This document shows, in pieces, positions 54,184-64,000 of a stretch of DNA of 64,000 bases. Each line of letters begins with the position of its first letter. Positions within the stretch are counted from its first letter, which is position 1. This DNA is from an uncultured Bacteroidales bacterium. Its GTDB lineage: Bacteria; Bacteroidota; Bacteroidia; Bacteroidales; Bacteroidaceae. The translations under genes were made by a program, and so were the position numbers. The notes beneath the pieces were generated by a model. It made no database searches. It was not told the DNA's origin and saw nothing but the letters and a program-made list of their open reading frames with translations. Where the stretch lies: positions 73,434 to 137,433 of the forward strand of contig CADCHQ010000013.1 in the NCBI GenBank assembly GCA_902801325.1, given 5' to 3'.

Positions 54184-54558
54184 TTATCTTATGGCGTTAA
54201 GGATGCCTTGAATCACACCCTTCAGTTCATTATAAAATGCATGAGCCTTATCGAAGACCCCCTGTCGCATGCCGTTGGCCATATAGCCGGCACACTTGCC
54301 TTCGAGTTCACCTATCTCGGCCTTCTCTGCAGGAGTGTAATCCAGTTCGTGCTTGGCAATGCGTTTGCGAATCTTCACAAACTTCTTACCTGCCTTTTCC
54401 CAGTCTCTGACAGAGTATTGAGCACTGTTGTCGCGGAGTTCGTAGGAAAAGTTTTCGAGCTGATTGATAGCATGCTCTTTTGTAGCACATGATGAGGTGC
54501 TAAGGGCCACCACAATGGCAAAAGTTGCCAAGCCCAATAACTTACTTAACGCTTTCAT
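54184..54558 (-). CDS. Small hypothetical lipoprotein
   Basis: 124 aa with lipobox ALSTSSC and a helical charged body. I recognise no family. Confidence 0.55.
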   Translation of the reverse strand: MKALSKLLGLATFAIVVALSTSSCATKEHAINQLENFSYELRDNSAQYSVRDWEKAGKKFVKIRKRIAKHELDYTPAEKAEIGELEGKCAGYMANGMRQGVFDKAHAFYNELKGVIQGILNAIR

Positions 54559-54583
54559 ATCGTTCGTCTTATGTTCTTCGAGG

Positions 54584-54769
54584 GGTCAAAGATACGAATA
54601 AGCGAGTGAAATACCAAAAAAGAGAAGAAAAAACAAAGAAAAAAACAAAAGATGCTTGTAAGCTCGCTTACAAAAGCATATCGAGTTTTTGCGATTGCCT
54701 TTTGGCAATCTGTTACGATAGCGACGTTTTATCTTCTCTTTTGAGGTATCTCACAACGAGCGGAAGTAT
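54584..54769 (-). promoter_or_regulatory. Promoter-bearing repeat module B (paralog of 49866-50042)
   Basis: Minus-strand -7 TATCTTTG (54587-54594) and -33 TTTG (54615-54618) with a 20-nt gap. Palindromes are gtaagctcgcttac (54658-54671) and gattgccttttggcaatc (54693-54710). A partial internal duplicate lies at 54781-54812. Confidence 0.6.
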
Positions 54770-54977
54770 CTAAGACCGAAGGTCAAAGTACGAAAAAAAC
54801 GAGCGAAATGCCAAATCATTTTGAACTTTTCACGTGAGAGTATCTAAGACCTCATTCTTTCTCATTGTCTTATGCCATTCTTTCGCTTTAAGGCAGAAAT
54901 GTGAAACATTATTGCATCCATTTGTGAAATAATTAGTACCTTTGCTCCGATAGAGCAATTACGATATTAATTAAGCG

Positions 54978-57233
54978 ATGAAAAAACTTTTATTTAGTAT
55001 GCTGGCTCTCATGCTGGCAACGATGATGATGGCCGTGCCAGCAAAGCGCGGCGTGTGGAAGACTTTGACGTTGGCCGATGGTCGTGAGGTAAGAGCCCAA
55101 TTGGTGGGTGACGAACATGCCCATGCCTGGCGCATGGAAGACGGAGGCCTTCTGAAGAAAGAAAAAGGTTCGATGCACTATGCTCCGATGAAGCGTGCTG
55201 CTTTCCGTATGAATGCCGTAAAGCATATGAAGGCTTCGCAAGCACGAAGGGCTGCACGACGTCAAACGGGAAAGTTTGTAGGTGCAAAGCGTGGACTTGT
55301 CATCCTTGTGAACTTCTGCAAGATCACGTTCCAGTCGGCCCACAACCAAGCGTTGTATAATGATATCCTGAATAAAGAAAACTACACGAACACAACGTAT
55401 GGTTTTAAGGGTTCTGTACGCGATTACTTTAAGGCACAGAGTCAGGGTGTTTTTGACCTGCAGTTCGATGTTGTAGGTCCTGTGACGTTAAGCAAAACTC
55501 AGGCTTACTATGGTGGCAATGACGAAGAGGGCAATGACAGTTGTGTTGCCGTTATGGCGGCAGAGGCCTGTAAGTTGGTGGACAAGGATGTCGATTTCTC
55601 GAAGTATGACTGGAGTGGTGATGGAGAAGTCGACCAGGTGTATATAGTCTATGCTGGTAAGGGTGAGGCTGATTCGGGTATAGAAGATACGGTTTGGCCT
55701 CACGAGTGGACGCTTTCTGAAGGATATGAGATGGGTGATGGCGACGGACCTTTGAAACTCGACGGAGTCACCATCGACACCTATGCTTGTGGTAGTGAGG
55801 TGGATGCCTATAATAAGATAGAAGGTATAGGCACATTCTGCCACGAGTTCAGTCATTGCCTGGGTTATCCCGATATGTACGACACCGACTATGCCGGCTA
55901 TTATGGTATGGGTGACTTCGACCTTATGTGTGGCGGTTCGTATAACGGAAATGGTTTTGTTCCTGCTGGTTACACGGCTTGGGAGAAATGGACTGCTGGA
56001 TGGCTTGAACCCACTGAACTCAATGATGAAGACCTCAGTGTGGACAACTTGAAAGCCATAAGCGATGGCGGAGGTGCATACATTATTTATAATCAAGGAC
56101 ATCGTGATGAGTATTTCTTGATAGAGAACCGCCAGAAGACGGGTTGGGACGTTCAGTTGCCAGCACGCGGACTGATGGTGACTCATGTCGATTACGATGC
56201 CGATAAGTTTGCCATGAACCTTGTGAATACGGTTTATCCTGAGAAGGAAGCCTATCAGGACGCTTATGACTACTATAGCCAGTACGTCGATATGGGCTAT
56301 ATCACTGAGGCAGAGTGTGAGGCATATTGTCAGGAGTATGTGGAAGAATACGGCAACGACAACGAGAGAATGGCAATCCTGCATGCCGATAACGACGATG
56401 ACCGTTCGTATTGGAATGCCAGCAGGGGTACTTACTCGAAGACAACGGTTACCACAGACCTCTATCCTTATCTGGCCAATGACAGCATCACGAATTACTC
56501 TCGTCCGGCATTCACGCTGTACCATCCCAATGCCGATGGCGGCAAGTACCTGAATCATGGCATCTTTGGCATTTCGCAGAACAGCGACGGGACGGTAAGT
56601 TTCCGTTATCAGGCAGTGGTAACACCGAAGGGTGGTGGACAGACTGGTGACTATCTGTTCTACGAATCTTTTGACGAATGTGACGGCACAGGAGGAAACG
56701 ACGGATTGTGGAGCGGACAAGTGGCCAGTGGCAGTTTCTTGCCCGACAATGAAGGTTGGGAATCGGAAAAGGCATTTGGTGCAAACCAGTGTGCCAAGTT
56801 TGGCACGAGCAGTGTTGCAGGTGAGGTTACGACTCCCGAATTCAACCTCCAGGGTGAGGCTACGCTCTCATTTATGGTTGGTGCCTGGAACGCAAAGAAC
56901 GATAAAGAGGCACTAACTATCACGGCAGAAGGCGGTAGCATAGACCCCGCTTCATTCACCATGACAAAGGGCGAGTGGACGGAGTTCACTGCAAAGTTGA
57001 CGGGTACGGGTACGATGAGACTGACCTTCACTTCCGCTGCTGGCCGTTTCTTCCTCGATGAAGTAAAGATTGTGAAGGCTAATGCCGATGGCATTGAATC
57101 AATTCCCAATTCACAAATCTCAATTCATCATGAGACAGACGCAATATTTGACCTTACAGGTCGTCAAATGGTAAATGGTAAATTACCACGCGGCCTTTAC
57201 ATTAAGAATGGGAAAAAAGTAATGGTTCGATAA
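54978..57233 (+). CDS. M6-family (immune inhibitor A-like) zinc metalloprotease with a T9SS C-terminal sorting domain
   Basis: 751 aa with a signal peptide and zinc motif HEFSHCLGYPDMYD. C-terminus AIFDLTGRQMVNGKLPRGLYIKNGKKVMVR is typical of a T9SS CTD. Confidence 0.85.
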   Translation: MKKLLFSMLALMLATMMMAVPAKRGVWKTLTLADGREVRAQLVGDEHAHAWRMEDGGLLKKEKGSMHYAPMKRAAFRMNAVKHMKASQARRAARRQTGKFVGAKRGLVILVNFCKITFQSAHNQALYNDILNKENYTNTTYGFKGSVRDYFKAQSQGVFDLQFDVVGPVTLSKTQAYYGGNDEEGNDSCVAVMAAEACKLVDKDVDFSKYDWSGDGEVDQVYIVYAGKGEADSGIEDTVWPHEWTLSEGYEMGDGDGPLKLDGVTIDTYACGSEVDAYNKIEGIGTFCHEFSHCLGYPDMYDTDYAGYYGMGDFDLMCGGSYNGNGFVPAGYTAWEKWTAGWLEPTELNDEDLSVDNLKAISDGGGAYIIYNQGHRDEYFLIENRQKTGWDVQLPARGLMVTHVDYDADKFAMNLVNTVYPEKEAYQDAYDYYSQYVDMGYITEAECEAYCQEYVEEYGNDNERMAILHADNDDDRSYWNASRGTYSKTTVTTDLYPYLANDSITNYSRPAFTLYHPNADGGKYLNHGIFGISQNSDGTVSFRYQAVVTPKGGGQTGDYLFYESFDECDGTGGNDGLWSGQVASGSFLPDNEGWESEKAFGANQCAKFGTSSVAGEVTTPEFNLQGEATLSFMVGAWNAKNDKEALTITAEGGSIDPASFTMTKGEWTEFTAKLTGTGTMRLTFTSAAGRFFLDEVKIVKANADGIESIPNSQISIHHETDAIFDLTGRQMVNGKLPRGLYIKNGKKVMVR

Positions 57234-57582
57234 GCCAGGCATAAGGCCTGCGATGCTGCAAGTAGTCAGGTTCGCTCGCATGCCGATAGGCTTCTCTTTC
57301 GAAAAACATCTGGGCGTAGGCATCATTAAGGTGGTGCCTACGTTCTTTTTTATCGACATAGGGTAGGGTGGCAATCTTCCCCATCAGGCGTATAAACCAC
57401 TCGCAGATGTACCAAATGTAGAAAGGTAGGAACAGCATTTCGCACATCTGACGGGTGTGTATGCGTTCGTGTCGCAACACCTCGTCATCCACCTTCACGT
57501 CGTGACGCACCAACAGCAATCCGAAGAGGTTGATGGCGGCGAAGCCTGGCAAAGGCAACAGATGATTGCGAATGACTTTCAT
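57202..57582 (-). CDS. Small hydrophobic HExxH-motif protein, hypothetical
   Basis: 126 aa with HERIHTRQ (HExxHxxQ) followed by a hydrophobic segment and FEREAY. Its 3' end overlaps the convergent M6 protease gene by 32 nt. Confidence 0.5.
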   Translation of the reverse strand: MKVIRNHLLPLPGFAAINLFGLLLVRHDVKVDDEVLRHERIHTRQMCEMLFLPFYIWYICEWFIRLMGKIATLPYVDKKERRHHLNDAYAQMFFEREAYRHASEPDYLQHRRPYAWLIEPLLFSHS

Positions 57583-57627
57583 GTTACTTGGGCGTTCTGA
57601 TTACGCTGATTGGGTAGACGACGCAGA

Positions 57628-64000
<6,373 letters not shown>

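Noticed and set aside
49866-54769. Invertible-segment or phase-variation switch formed by the inverted ~180-bp modules flanking 4.5 kb
   Set aside because: Both promoters point inward toward their own genes, so inversion would not change the promoter-gene linkage. No recombinase or invertase gene is nearby. Paralogous promoters are the simpler explanation.

Overview
This is a 64-kb chromosomal window from a Bacteroidota genome, order Bacteroidales. The taxon call rests on SusC/SusD pairs, an LpxC-FabZ fusion, T9SS C-terminal sorting domains and TAnnTTTG promoter boxes. A Prevotella/Segatella-like source is only a guess. I support about 46 protein genes and found no rRNA, tRNA, CRISPR array, transposase, integrase or recognisable defence genes.

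Gene content, left to right:
- (1) A polysaccharide utilisation locus on the minus strand: GH43-like, a clan GH-A hydrolase with a T9SS tail, a large fasciclin protein, SusC, SusD and a second fasciclin lipoprotein cut by the window edge.
- (2) A long minus-strand housekeeping run: PBP1A, miaA, lpxA, lpxC-fabZ, lpxD, pyrF, prfA, an esterase, purM, a GH20 hexosaminidase, a patatin-like lipase, manA, aroE, purC and phoH.
- (3) A plus-strand block: an M15-like protein, an LTXXQ periplasmic protein, carboxynorspermidine dehydrogenase, recA and dnaK.
- (4) A minus-strand aromatic 2-oxoacid/arylacetate module: aminotransferase, porin, Na+/solute symporter, two paaK paralogs and an ACT protein, with iorAB nearby.
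- (5) A glycan/protein-degrading end: a T9SS M6 metalloprotease, a tandem SGNH esterase and a large T9SS GH2 beta-galactosidase that runs off the right edge.

I did not find a convincing novel multi-gene protein system. The unusual signal is non-coding and consists of a dense, interlocking set of short repeats:
- (a) A G/C-rich palindromic REP/RPE-like element with at least 8 copies. Two sit in frame inside pyrF, and one supplies the last codons and the stop of iorA.
- (b) A dispersed TTCTTGCTCC-N7-TACGCAAGCGT element with about 7 modules.
- (c) Arrays of 7-8-nt AT-rich 'words' that fill the spacers just upstream of start codons. Nearly identical arrays occur at distant loci.
- (d) Two hairpin elements built from inverted word arrays around an AT-rich core.
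- (e) A 22/44-bp tandem array.
- (f) A pair of about 180-bp paralogous promoter modules with a covarying palindrome.

Several ORF-track N-termini are inflated by these repeats, and I give shortened starts for those genes.
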